DNA from: an uncultured Bacilli bacterium
Lineage (GTDB): Bacteria > Bacillota_I > Bacilli_A > RF39 > UBA660
NCBI GenBank assembly: GCA_947588685.1
Contig: CANPYM010000022.1
Coordinates: 309-64,308 of the forward strand
Length of the DNA stretch: 64,000 nt
Direction of reading: 5' to 3'
Positions within the stretch are counted from its first letter, which is position 1. Every line of letters starts with the position of its first letter. The notes below the pieces were generated by a model. The model ran no database searches and was not told where the DNA came from. It saw nothing but the letters and a program-made list of their open reading frames with translations. Below, one piece after another: positions 9,517 through 18,375 of this stretch. The translations under genes were made by a program, and so were the position numbers.

Positions 9517-10395
9517 TTATTGAATTTTCTTTTTATCTTTTTTCCTATGATATTTAATATTTTTATTATAAAAGAAGAACGTTATTAATAGGAGTAATAA
9601 AATTATAATAATTACTACCATTAAGGTTATTAAATTTTTCCTTTGAACATTTTTGGAGATTTTCTTTGGATTATCTTTTTTAGCCGCATTTAATTCAGCA
9701 TCGTTGAATTGTTTTCTATGAGCTCCAATTAATAACCGGTGGGTATTAATGCCATAAGGGGTACAAGTTATTAAAGTAAGATAATCTTTATCATCATATA
9801 TCTTCAAAGAAGATAATGCGTCAGGTTCCACTACTTTAACATCATCAACTTCATAGACTAAATCCAAATTAGCTGTTTTAAGATAAATAATATCGCCTTT
9901 AGCTAATTTATCTAAAGATGTAAAAAGTTTAGAACTAGGTAGTCCTCTATGCCCCATCAAAACCGTATGGGTATTTTCACCACCTATCGGTAACGATGAT
10001 CCTTCAATATGACCAATTCCTCTTTGTAAAACACCTTCACTAGTTCCATGATAAACAGGAAGGACTAAATCTATTTTAGGAATGGTAATAATACTCATTA
10101 TATCTGTATTACTAAACTTTAATAAATCATCGTATTCGTCATTGGCATCAGCATTAGTTATATTGCGATTATCCTCATAAAGCTTTTCATTATACGTTTG
10201 TGCTTCTTTTAGTAATTCATCATTTAAATCGTCATCCTTATTAACGATATCTAAATAATTAGATATTGTTTTTGATTGATTTAAAGACGATATATAATTA
10301 CTCAAAAGAGGATATAAAATTAAAGATACACCTACTACTAATAGCACTATAATGATGACATCCAATAATCTATCTTTTAATCTGCTTTTTTTCAT
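9517..10395 (-). CDS. Class C (pilus-polymerising) sortase
   Basis: GIGHIEGSSLPIGG, GHRGLPSSKLF and LITCTPYGINTHRLL; N- and C-terminal TM helices. Confidence 0.95.
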   Translation of the reverse strand: MKKSRLKDRLLDVIIIVLLVVGVSLILYPLLSNYISSLNQSKTISNYLDIVNKDDDLNDELLKEAQTYNEKLYEDNRNITNADANDEYDDLLKFSNTDIMSIITIPKIDLVLPVYHGTSEGVLQRGIGHIEGSSLPIGGENTHTVLMGHRGLPSSKLFTSLDKLAKGDIIYLKTANLDLVYEVDDVKVVEPDALSSLKIYDDKDYLTLITCTPYGINTHRLLIGAHRKQFNDAELNAAKKDNPKKISKNVQRKNLITLMVVIIIILLLLLITFFFYNKNIKYHRKKDKKKIQ

Positions 10396-10404
10396 TTTAA
10401 TAAT

Positions 10405-11946
10405 CTATTCATGCTTTCTTTTAATAATTAAAGTAATAGATAAAACTACTAAACTAATACCAAGTGCATAAATAACAATAACCCCAATACCACCGGTTGA
10501 TGGTAATAATATTCCAGGAACATTTTTAACGGTTATAGAAACCTTACCAGAAGTAAGATCTCCTTTTACTTTTTCGTCACCATCAAGCGCTACTGTAAGA
10601 TCCTTTAACTCGGAAGTTAAAGAGCCATCAACGCTTAAAGTATCTTCAATTACTAATTTTAAATCAGAAATAGAATTATATCCTGGTAGAGTGTATGATT
10701 CATTAAGATAATAAGTTCCAGAAGCTAGACCAGCAATGGTTATCTTACCATCTTTCGTTTCTAACTCTGTTGCTGAAGCGATATCATCTTCTAAAACCCA
10801 AGCACTAATAAAGCCATTTTCAACTTTGGCATATTTTTTAACACCATTTTCATATTTATATAGCCTAAACTTAACACCAGATAAAGTCTCATTATTTTTA
10901 CTATTTATTTTATTAATTTCTAATTGATAAGTATATATTGTTGCTTCATCTTGAACTGTCTTTTGTCTGTCACTAGCATGATCAGCATTAGGATTACTAG
11001 AATACTCTAACATAGCTGTATTCATATTTCCTATTAATCCTAAAGCAGGATTTAATACCGTTGCATCATAAGTAACAACTATTTTAGTTTCCTCTGTAAT
11101 ATGGAAAGATGCATTAAGTGTAGCTAAATCATCAATAGCAATATCAAGAGTATCATCGTTAGTAATGGTAAACATATCTGTTGCATCAACGCCATCAATT
11201 GTTACTTTAAGACTACCTTTAATATAGTCTAACCCACTAGGTAAATTATCAATAAAATGATAGTAATATGTTTTATAATCAGCATAGGTATCTGGTAAGG
11301 TTCCCGTTAATTTGAATGTTACTAATGCCCCACTTTCGGCACTTATAGTATCATGGAAATCTTCTAACCCATGATGGCTTACTTGCTTAGTAAGCGTTGG
11401 CGCATCAGCTTTCACTTTAATAGCTGTATCATTAGTTACTTTTAAAATATATCTAGTAGCTGCTGAACCAACTTCAATAGAATTAACATCCTTAATGAAA
11501 TAATATCCAGCATCTAAACCACTAATAGTATGTTTATTTTCACTAAATGATGAATTAACAACCTTATCATCTTGTAAGTATTTGCTAACAACTTCAGCAA
11601 ATTGCTTAATTTCATCAGCATCATCTGAAGTAACAATTTCACTTAATGTCAAAACAACATCATAAGCATCGCTAGCTTCTATAAAATGATCTTTTAAAAG
11701 GCTATCTTGCTTTAACGCCGTAAGGAAAGCACTTGGATCTTCAATACCCGTTCCCCAATCAATATTACTAAGCACACCATCATGAACATTACCTTTAAAT
11801 ATTTGCCAAGCGCCATACGTATGCACACTACTTGATCCCGTTATTTCAATTTTATAGTCGCTAAGAGCACGAGAAAAAGGAACGATAATACATAAAGAAA
11901 TAATCGTTACAATAAATAATGTGGCTCGATTAATAATTTTTTTCAT
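10405..11946 (-). CDS. Major backbone pilin (isopeptide-forming fimbrial subunit, SpaH/EbpB-like)
   Basis: Signal peptide; IKVKADAPTLTK; FIDNLPSGLDY; NTAMLEYSSNP; E-box-like YYLNE...PGY; LPSTGG sorting signal with TM and KRKHE tail. Confidence 0.9.
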   Translation of the reverse strand: MKKIINRATLFIVTIISLCIIVPFSRALSDYKIEITGSSSVHTYGAWQIFKGNVHDGVLSNIDWGTGIEDPSAFLTALKQDSLLKDHFIEASDAYDVVLTLSEIVTSDDADEIKQFAEVVSKYLQDDKVVNSSFSENKHTISGLDAGYYFIKDVNSIEVGSAATRYILKVTNDTAIKVKADAPTLTKQVSHHGLEDFHDTISAESGALVTFKLTGTLPDTYADYKTYYYHFIDNLPSGLDYIKGSLKVTIDGVDATDMFTITNDDTLDIAIDDLATLNASFHITEETKIVVTYDATVLNPALGLIGNMNTAMLEYSSNPNADHASDRQKTVQDEATIYTYQLEINKINSKNNETLSGVKFRLYKYENGVKKYAKVENGFISAWVLEDDIASATELETKDGKITIAGLASGTYYLNESYTLPGYNSISDLKLVIEDTLSVDGSLTSELKDLTVALDGDEKVKGDLTSGKVSITVKNVPGILLPSTGGIGVIVIYALGISLVVLSITLIIKRKHE

Positions 11947-11969
11947 TTATACCACCTTCGCTATTATTG

Positions 11970-14900
11970 TTATGCTTTTTTCCCGTGACGAAGTTTTAGG
12001 AAAAGACCTAATCCTAAAATAAAGGCACCTAAAACATAATATAATACTATTCCTTTGCCGCCCGTTTCTGGTAAATCAACTAGAGCAGCATCATTAGTGA
12101 TTGTTATAGAACCATTTGGTAGAGCAACCCTAGCATCAGGATATTTTTCTCTATCAATTTTGTTTTCCGCACCAAAATAGAAAATAATTGGTTTAGAAGC
12201 TAAAACATAACCTTTAGGAGCTTCTCTTTCAACTAAAATGTAGTAATTACCTTCCTCTAAACGCCAATTCATAGCTTTTTCAATCTTAAATTTACCATTT
12301 TCATCAGTTACAACATTCCAATTTGCTTCACGATAAACATTATAGCCATCTATCGTATCTGTCTTTTCAAGTGGTGAGTCATCCGGTAAAACGATATAGA
12401 AGTCAAACTTGGCATTAGGTAAAAACTTAGTTTTATCTTTACTATCAACTTTATTGATTGTAAGTTCAAAGGCTGTACCGCCACCGCCACCAATTGTTGT
12501 ACTGACATCTAAAATCTCATCATACGTATCACTAGCGCGATTAACATTACCAATTGTTGCTTGATTAGTAACCGATACTTCTTGACCAGTTATATAGGTT
12601 AAAGCATCATATTTAATTGTTAAAGCCTTATTATCCGGTACAATAAGTTTAAAGACATTTTCATCATTAGTTTTTTCAACTCTATACGTCTCTTCTAAGC
12701 CTTCTTCATTAGTTACTTTTATGGAATCAAAATCGATTTGAATACCGGTACTGGTATCAGTTATAGTTAAAAACTCGCTATCTTTATCTAAATCAACAGC
12801 ATTTGGATTAATCTTTAAAGTAAAATGAATTAAGTTACTTTGTCCTTCTTGTTCTGCATCCTTTAAAACTCGAGCTGGAAAGAATGGTACTTCACTTTGG
12901 GCGTGAAATTGTGCTCCTGTTGGGTCTTCTGAAGTTGTCATCATAGCTGTGTTTTTAACAATAGTATCATTATCATCGCTAGCATGTTCTTTTAACCAAC
13001 TATCTTTCGCTTTAAGAGTATAGACAAAATCAATACTATCAATCTCCATACGACTATATAAATAATTTTCTGGATAGTCAGAAGCTACTATATCATGAGT
13101 ACTTTCTTCATGAGAAAGGAGAAAAGAACGATAATTAGCTTGAATACGGCCTTTTTTAAGATCCGGATCATTATATTCTTCTGGACGCCAACGGTCACCT
13201 GTCTCATCATTGCCAACATAATTAAATGTTAAATAAGTACCATCTTTAAACTTATAGATAAGCTTTAATGTTCCTTCAACATATTCAAAGCCATCATCAT
13301 AATCATCGACAAAAGTAACAGAATCACCCCAAGGAGTATAAAATTCTTCACAAATTCTTTTAATAAAATAATAACTTTCAGTATCATCAACATCAATAGA
13401 TACAGTGTAATCAATTGTATTTTTTCGATTATTTACTACGGCCTTTTTTTCCAAATCATTACCATTGGCAAAATAAACTTCGTTAAAACTTTCATAGTTA
13501 TTATATCTAAGATCTGCATTATTGGTAATTCCAACTTTCAATAACTCCTCAAAAGTTAATTTTTGGTCACTGCCATAAAAGGTAACACCATCAGATAAAT
13601 CAATTTGATATTCAAATTTAAAGAATCGATTTTTACCATAAGAATAACTTGAAGTTTCCTTATCTTTATCATAGCCAAAAAAATAAGATGTAGCTGTTGG
13701 TCCTTCATTAAAAATTACCGAATTCATATCTTTTGGATCATATGGAGCGCCATTTATTAACTCTTCATTTTTAATAACTTTAAGTTGTTCTAATTTATTT
13801 TCGTATTTTGCGATTATAGAATCAGAATTTGTTATGGAAAACATTTCATAATCTTCTATATCAGTGGCATATACTTTAACATCACCCTTAATTAATTGAC
13901 TATTTAATGAGTGACTTGCTAGTTCATAATATACATTTAAATAGTCATTAAGCCAAAAATTAAAATAAGTTCCTGCCTTTACTTCAGCATATATTCTATA
14001 TGTAAGTGTTTTTGTGTCAGGATTCCATTCTTGCTTTTTAATAATTGAAACAGTATTAGGAGCAACAGGCGAAACATAAAGAGTTGTAAACCCTCCAGTT
14101 GATGAAGGTGTTTTACTTCCATCTAGTCCTATAACATTTCCACTAAATTCAGCTGCATTTATTACTGTCGCATAATATGTACCCGTTTGAGTTTCAACAA
14201 ACTCCGTTTTGTAATCATAATTAACGATTAACTCATCACCCGCTGATAATTGTTTATATTGACTTGTTTCTTTAATTTTAATCTTAAAATGCATGTTATC
14301 AATACATTCTACCTCATAATCATCAGTCGTTAAATCTATTTCTGTTCCTCCATGTTTTAATTTAACATTGATAGATTCTGTTACTATTTTTATTTTAATA
14401 GCATCATTATAATAAGGTAAAATATTGTCTTCTATTTCAACGTCATTAAGTGTACCACTAGATACTTTAGCTGTTACTTGGTAGCTTAAAAGTTGTTCAC
14501 TTCCATTATATGAGCCTATTTTTTCAAGTGATAAGTCTGGATTACTATCTACTTGGAAAGTAAATTTGTGATCGTCATTTCCAAAATTAAATGATTCATC
14601 AGGATTCCCTGTTACAGCTCTTACAATAGCTGGTAGATTAAACTCTAACGATAAATCATTTGAAGCTCCTAAGGCTTGTATACCTTGTTCAGTAAAAGTA
14701 ATTGTTAATAAGCCATTATCATCCACACTATAAGTACCTAAAGTGACAGGAGTTCCCACAAGCGTAACCTCCAATTTCTGGTCAACTGTCGGTGGGACAT
14801 TAAAGTTTGCTGGAAACTGATAGGTCATTGTATGATTATCAGAGTTAGGTGAAAACTGAGCGCCAACAGCGCCTTGTTCTTTAAAAACTAACTTAATATT

Positions 14901-15161
14901 ATATTTACTTCCAACGTGTAACGTATTATCAACCACAGTGTTTCCTTCATCATCAGTAATCTCAACACCACTCAAAAAATTGGCAAGATTATCGCTATCA
15001 ATCTCTGCTTCTCTTGTCATCATTAAATTAAATAAACCATTAGTTTTAATACTATTTTTAATATATTTTACTATACGCCCAGTTGGATTAGGGTAAATAC
15101 TAAAGCACCCAAAAACAAATAAACTGATTGCTAGTATTAAAAACGGTATTTTCTTCCTCAC
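11970..15161 (-). CDS. Large LPETG-anchored tip pilin/adhesin with multiple Ig-like folds
   Basis: Start moved to GTG 15161 behind SD GGAGGT. N-terminal collagen-binding-like Ig fold, C-terminal SpaA-like domain with E-box (YILVEREAPKGY), then LPETGG, TM and basic tail. Confidence 0.88.
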   Translation of the reverse strand: MRKKIPFLILAISLFVFGCFSIYPNPTGRIVKYIKNSIKTNGLFNLMMTREAEIDSDNLANFLSGVEITDDEGNTVVDNTLHVGSKYNIKLVFKEQGAVGAQFSPNSDNHTMTYQFPANFNVPPTVDQKLEVTLVGTPVTLGTYSVDDNGLLTITFTEQGIQALGASNDLSLEFNLPAIVRAVTGNPDESFNFGNDDHKFTFQVDSNPDLSLEKIGSYNGSEQLLSYQVTAKVSSGTLNDVEIEDNILPYYNDAIKIKIVTESINVKLKHGGTEIDLTTDDYEVECIDNMHFKIKIKETSQYKQLSAGDELIVNYDYKTEFVETQTGTYYATVINAAEFSGNVIGLDGSKTPSSTGGFTTLYVSPVAPNTVSIIKKQEWNPDTKTLTYRIYAEVKAGTYFNFWLNDYLNVYYELASHSLNSQLIKGDVKVYATDIEDYEMFSITNSDSIIAKYENKLEQLKVIKNEELINGAPYDPKDMNSVIFNEGPTATSYFFGYDKDKETSSYSYGKNRFFKFEYQIDLSDGVTFYGSDQKLTFEELLKVGITNNADLRYNNYESFNEVYFANGNDLEKKAVVNNRKNTIDYTVSIDVDDTESYYFIKRICEEFYTPWGDSVTFVDDYDDGFEYVEGTLKLIYKFKDGTYLTFNYVGNDETGDRWRPEEYNDPDLKKGRIQANYRSFLLSHEESTHDIVASDYPENYLYSRMEIDSIDFVYTLKAKDSWLKEHASDDNDTIVKNTAMMTTSEDPTGAQFHAQSEVPFFPARVLKDAEQEGQSNLIHFTLKINPNAVDLDKDSEFLTITDTSTGIQIDFDSIKVTNEEGLEETYRVEKTNDENVFKLIVPDNKALTIKYDALTYITGQEVSVTNQATIGNVNRASDTYDEILDVSTTIGGGGGTAFELTINKVDSKDKTKFLPNAKFDFYIVLPDDSPLEKTDTIDGYNVYREANWNVVTDENGKFKIEKAMNWRLEEGNYYILVEREAPKGYVLASKPIIFYFGAENKIDREKYPDARVALPNGSITITNDAALVDLPETGGKGIVLYYVLGAFILGLGLFLKLRHGKKA

Positions 15162-15291
15162 AGCGTTACCTCCAGCTTCAAAAAGTCGATAGTAATGTGT
15201 TTTTATAGGTTGTAAGAACAAAACATAATTAAAAATAGTAATGCATATAGATAAAACGTAGGTATTATTAAAACACTCGACTACTATATAA

Positions 15292-15320
15292 ATTATACCT
15301 GAAAAAATAAGATAAGTAAA
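15292..15320 (-). promoter_or_regulatory. Putative SigA promoter of the pilus operon
   Basis: TTTACT-17 nt-TATAAT on the minus strand, about 130 nt upstream of the adhesin start. Confidence 0.5.
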
Positions 15321-15461
15321 GGAAATAATTCTTAAAGTGTCAAATGAAATTGCGAATATTTAAATTTGCGCTATTTTAATAGTACTACTTATAGATTGAA
15401 ATAAACATAAAGAGTGCTTTTTTAGGAACTCTATGCTATAATTAGTCTAGGAGAATGATGT

Positions 15462-16310
15462 ATGGAAAAGAAGCAAAATAAAAAAGGAAAAACACCTATT
15501 ATTATATTAATTATTGGACTTTTACTTGGTATATCCCTAATCACCATAGGTGTATTGAAGCAAAACGAAGGTAAAGAAAAGGAAAGTCAAGAGAGCATCC
15601 AAGAAAAACTTGATCTTGAAAAAAAGAATCTTGAAGGGAAAAGACAAGAATTAGAAAAAGAAATAGAAAATAGTCTATCTAAAGAGAAAGAAAATCTTGA
15701 AGAAAAAAGGGAAAATCTAGAAAAAAAGGGAATTAAGTATAGTACGTTTGCTACTTATAACGATGGCGAGAAATATGATTTAAAAATCATTACTGAAGCC
15801 TTAGACCCTAGCTTTAATTATTGTAGTTTTGACGAATATAAAAGCAATGACTTAACTTCTACATACTGTTCTTTATCTAACCAAACTGATGATAACTCTA
15901 AAAAATTAAATACCATTAATAGTGTTTTATCTAGTCCTGTTAGTTTATGTAACCTTGATGTATATAAAAACAATGACTTAACTTCTACATATTGTTCATA
16001 TCAACAAAAATTAAGTAGTTTTACAAATCTTACTAAAACTAATAACACCGCTAAAAGTATGCCATTTTATATCTTGGGTGGATTTATCGTTATAGTTAGT
16101 TTTATCATTGCTACTATTTCTTATGTAGTAGCAAAAAGAAAAGATATTATTTCCTACACTTTAGAGCAAGCTAAACCGCTTTACGAGGAAGGAATGAAAA
16201 TGACTGAAAAGATCAAAGAGGAAAATCTTCCACCATTATGCCCACATTGTGGCGCTCCAACTAACAAAAAAATTGTATGTGAATATTGTGGTTGTAAAAT
16301 TGTATGGTAA
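15462..16310 (+). CDS. Two-TM membrane protein with coiled coil, 42-aa Cys-containing tandem repeat and C-terminal zinc ribbon
   Basis: TM at the N-terminus and near aa 200-225; repeats CSFDEYKSNDLTSTYCS and CNLDVYKNNDLTSTYCS; CPHCG...CEYCG. Confidence 0.8.
   Translation: MEKKQNKKGKTPIIILIIGLLLGISLITIGVLKQNEGKEKESQESIQEKLDLEKKNLEGKRQELEKEIENSLSKEKENLEEKRENLEKKGIKYSTFATYNDGEKYDLKIITEALDPSFNYCSFDEYKSNDLTSTYCSLSNQTDDNSKKLNTINSVLSSPVSLCNLDVYKNNDLTSTYCSYQQKLSSFTNLTKTNNTAKSMPFYILGGFIVIVSFIIATISYVVAKRKDIISYTLEQAKPLYEEGMKMTEKIKEENLPPLCPHCGAPTNKKIVCEYCGCKIVW
15822..15998 (+). repeat. Intragenic direct repeat, 126-nt period
   Basis: caatgacttaacttctacata(c/t)tgttc occurs twice, 126 nt apart. Confidence 0.85.
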
Positions 16311-16387
16311 TTATATTTCTTTAATAGCCCTAATATAAAGTAAAAAAAGAGAAGTAATTTCCCTTTTTTTATTTCCTTTTATGGTTT

Positions 16388-17998
16388 CTATCTTTGCTTT
16401 TGCCCCTCGGTTGCATATTCGTATAGTTGTTCAGATGTCATAGGAGCCGCACCAATAAAGCCAACTGAAGCAGCTTGTCTTAACGCTGGTAGAACTTCTT
16501 CCAAGTGACTTACACCTCTTTTAATAATTTTAGAAGCGGAACCAGCCATATATGTCGCAGCCCCAACACTACTATCAACGACTCGTCTACCATAATCATT
16601 ATAAACTCTTACAGCCTCGTCAGCAACCTTCGTTCTTAAAACCTGTAATTGTTTAATTCGTTCTTGAGCTCTTTCCATTATTACTTCTCGGTTAGCCTGA
16701 ATAGTACTTGCTCGTTCAACTTTTCTAGCAGCAGTGTTATATTTTGCATTAACCATACAATATTGTTGGGTAGCCACAACCAATTGTCGACTTTGAAGTT
16801 CAGTAATTAATCGTTCTAAATGTTTGCCACGAGCGGCTGAAATATAACGTGATAAGGCACTTGTCTTAGGTTGATTTTGAGCCAATCGTTGTTGTAATGA
16901 ATCAAGTTGTTGTTGATTTTGAGCCATTCTTTCATCATGCTTTTGCGCTCTTTTACCTAAATTTAAATCGAACTCATCACTTTTTAAAGTTTCAATTTGA
17001 AGATGGAGTGATTGTAATCTAGCAATTTGTGGTATAGGAACTTTTTTACCACTTTTCTTGATTTCTTCAACATCAGCACTTAACTGTTGAACTTCTTTTT
17101 CTAATTGTTCAATTTGATAATCTAAAATGATTTTTTGAACAGCTTCAGCATAACTTTCGCCTTCTTTAGGAACATATTCTTTGGCAAATTTTTCAAGTTG
17201 TTGTTGAAGTTCTTTTGGCATATTGTCCTTTTGACGAGCTTTGCGGTTTTGATCTTTAACTTGTTGTTCAGCTTTTATCTGTTTTCTTGTTTTATGACTA
17301 GCGGGAGCTGAAGCTGGACCAATATTTCTTTTCCCCTTATTATCTTCATCTATGGACGCTTGCTCAGACTCTTTTTCCTGATCTTCTTCAGCTTTTCCCT
17401 TTTCTTTTTCGGCAGCTTTAATTATTTCATCAATAGCAGCCTTTTGCTCGTCAGTTAACGTTTCATTTTGAAGCAAATCCTTAGCTTCTTCAATAGTCAT
17501 ACTTCCCGACTTAAGCCAATCACTCAATTTATCTACATAAACTTTTTGGAGTTGTTCCATATAATCATTCATTTTAGAGGTTTGGTCAGAAAAAGTACTA
17601 ATGTCAGTATTTAATCTTTGAACTAAAGGAACCATTCCTTTATTATCCTTGCTAGATATAATTTTATTAAAATCTGCGTCAATGCCTTCAAGGGTTTGAA
17701 TACTTGCGTCGATACTAAACGTAATATCATGCATCAAATGACTATCAATAAAACCTGAAAATTTTTCAAGCAAATCGCGCATTTTCTTTAATGATTCAAT
17801 TCTTTTTTGGACATCATCTTTAAAATTTTTAAAATAATTTTTTCGCTCTTCTTTAGCTTTTTTAGAAGAGTTAGCCCGGGCCTTTTCACCCATTTTTTGT
17901 TTAGCATCAATCAAATTTTGATGTAATGCATTTTGAATATTATATGACGCAAAAAATTCTGTAAATGCCGTAATATCTTGATAATCCATACTATTCAA
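16388..17998 (-). CDS. Long coiled-coil hypothetical protein
   Basis: 536-aa ORF rich in K/E/Q heptads, no TM; overlaps the stop of the upstream gene. Confidence 0.75.
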   Translation of the reverse strand: MNSMDYQDITAFTEFFASYNIQNALHQNLIDAKQKMGEKARANSSKKAKEERKNYFKNFKDDVQKRIESLKKMRDLLEKFSGFIDSHLMHDITFSIDASIQTLEGIDADFNKIISSKDNKGMVPLVQRLNTDISTFSDQTSKMNDYMEQLQKVYVDKLSDWLKSGSMTIEEAKDLLQNETLTDEQKAAIDEIIKAAEKEKGKAEEDQEKESEQASIDEDNKGKRNIGPASAPASHKTRKQIKAEQQVKDQNRKARQKDNMPKELQQQLEKFAKEYVPKEGESYAEAVQKIILDYQIEQLEKEVQQLSADVEEIKKSGKKVPIPQIARLQSLHLQIETLKSDEFDLNLGKRAQKHDERMAQNQQQLDSLQQRLAQNQPKTSALSRYISAARGKHLERLITELQSRQLVVATQQYCMVNAKYNTAARKVERASTIQANREVIMERAQERIKQLQVLRTKVADEAVRVYNDYGRRVVDSSVGAATYMAGSASKIIKRGVSHLEEVLPALRQAASVGFIGAAPMTSEQLYEYATEGQKQR

Positions 17999-18245
17999 CC
18001 TCTTGCGCTAAATTTTGAGTTAACATTTGCTCAACAACATTACGTTCTTCTTCAGTAACTGTATCAAGATTATATATGCCATTTTTCAATGTTAAATTAG
18101 AAACAAAAATTTGTTCTTGCTTGGCAAAATTGTAGCAAATATACATCTTTGTCGTTTCGGTATCTTCAATAATATCAATAACATTAATCGTCGCAAATTT
18201 ACCTTGCTTATTTCTTACCCTTAAAGTAGTATCCAATTCGACCAT
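17991..18245 (-). CDS. Small acidic protein, DUF1292-like
   Basis: 84 aa, SD AGGAG; pattern NVIDIIED...KMYICY...IFVS...LDTVTEEE...VEQML resembles DUF1292. Confidence 0.55.
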   Translation of the reverse strand: MVELDTTLRVRNKQGKFATINVIDIIEDTETTKMYICYNFAKQEQIFVSNLTLKNGIYNLDTVTEEERNVVEQMLTQNLAQEVE

Positions 18246-18375
18246 CTCCTATTATCAATTTATAATATCAAGTATTTAAAGTCAATGACATAAAAGCCTA
18301 GTTTACATACAAACTGATTTTTATTTACACTTTATTATTAAATAAGTTTATGATAGAATACCTTTAGGTGAGAAT

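Noticed and set aside
15183-15283. Imperfect inverted repeat (AGTCGA..GTGTTTT / AAAACAC-TCGACT) in the pilus leader as an invertible phase-variation switch
   Set aside because: Arms are short and interrupted, the promoter lies outside them, and no invertase is present; at most an RNA leader structure
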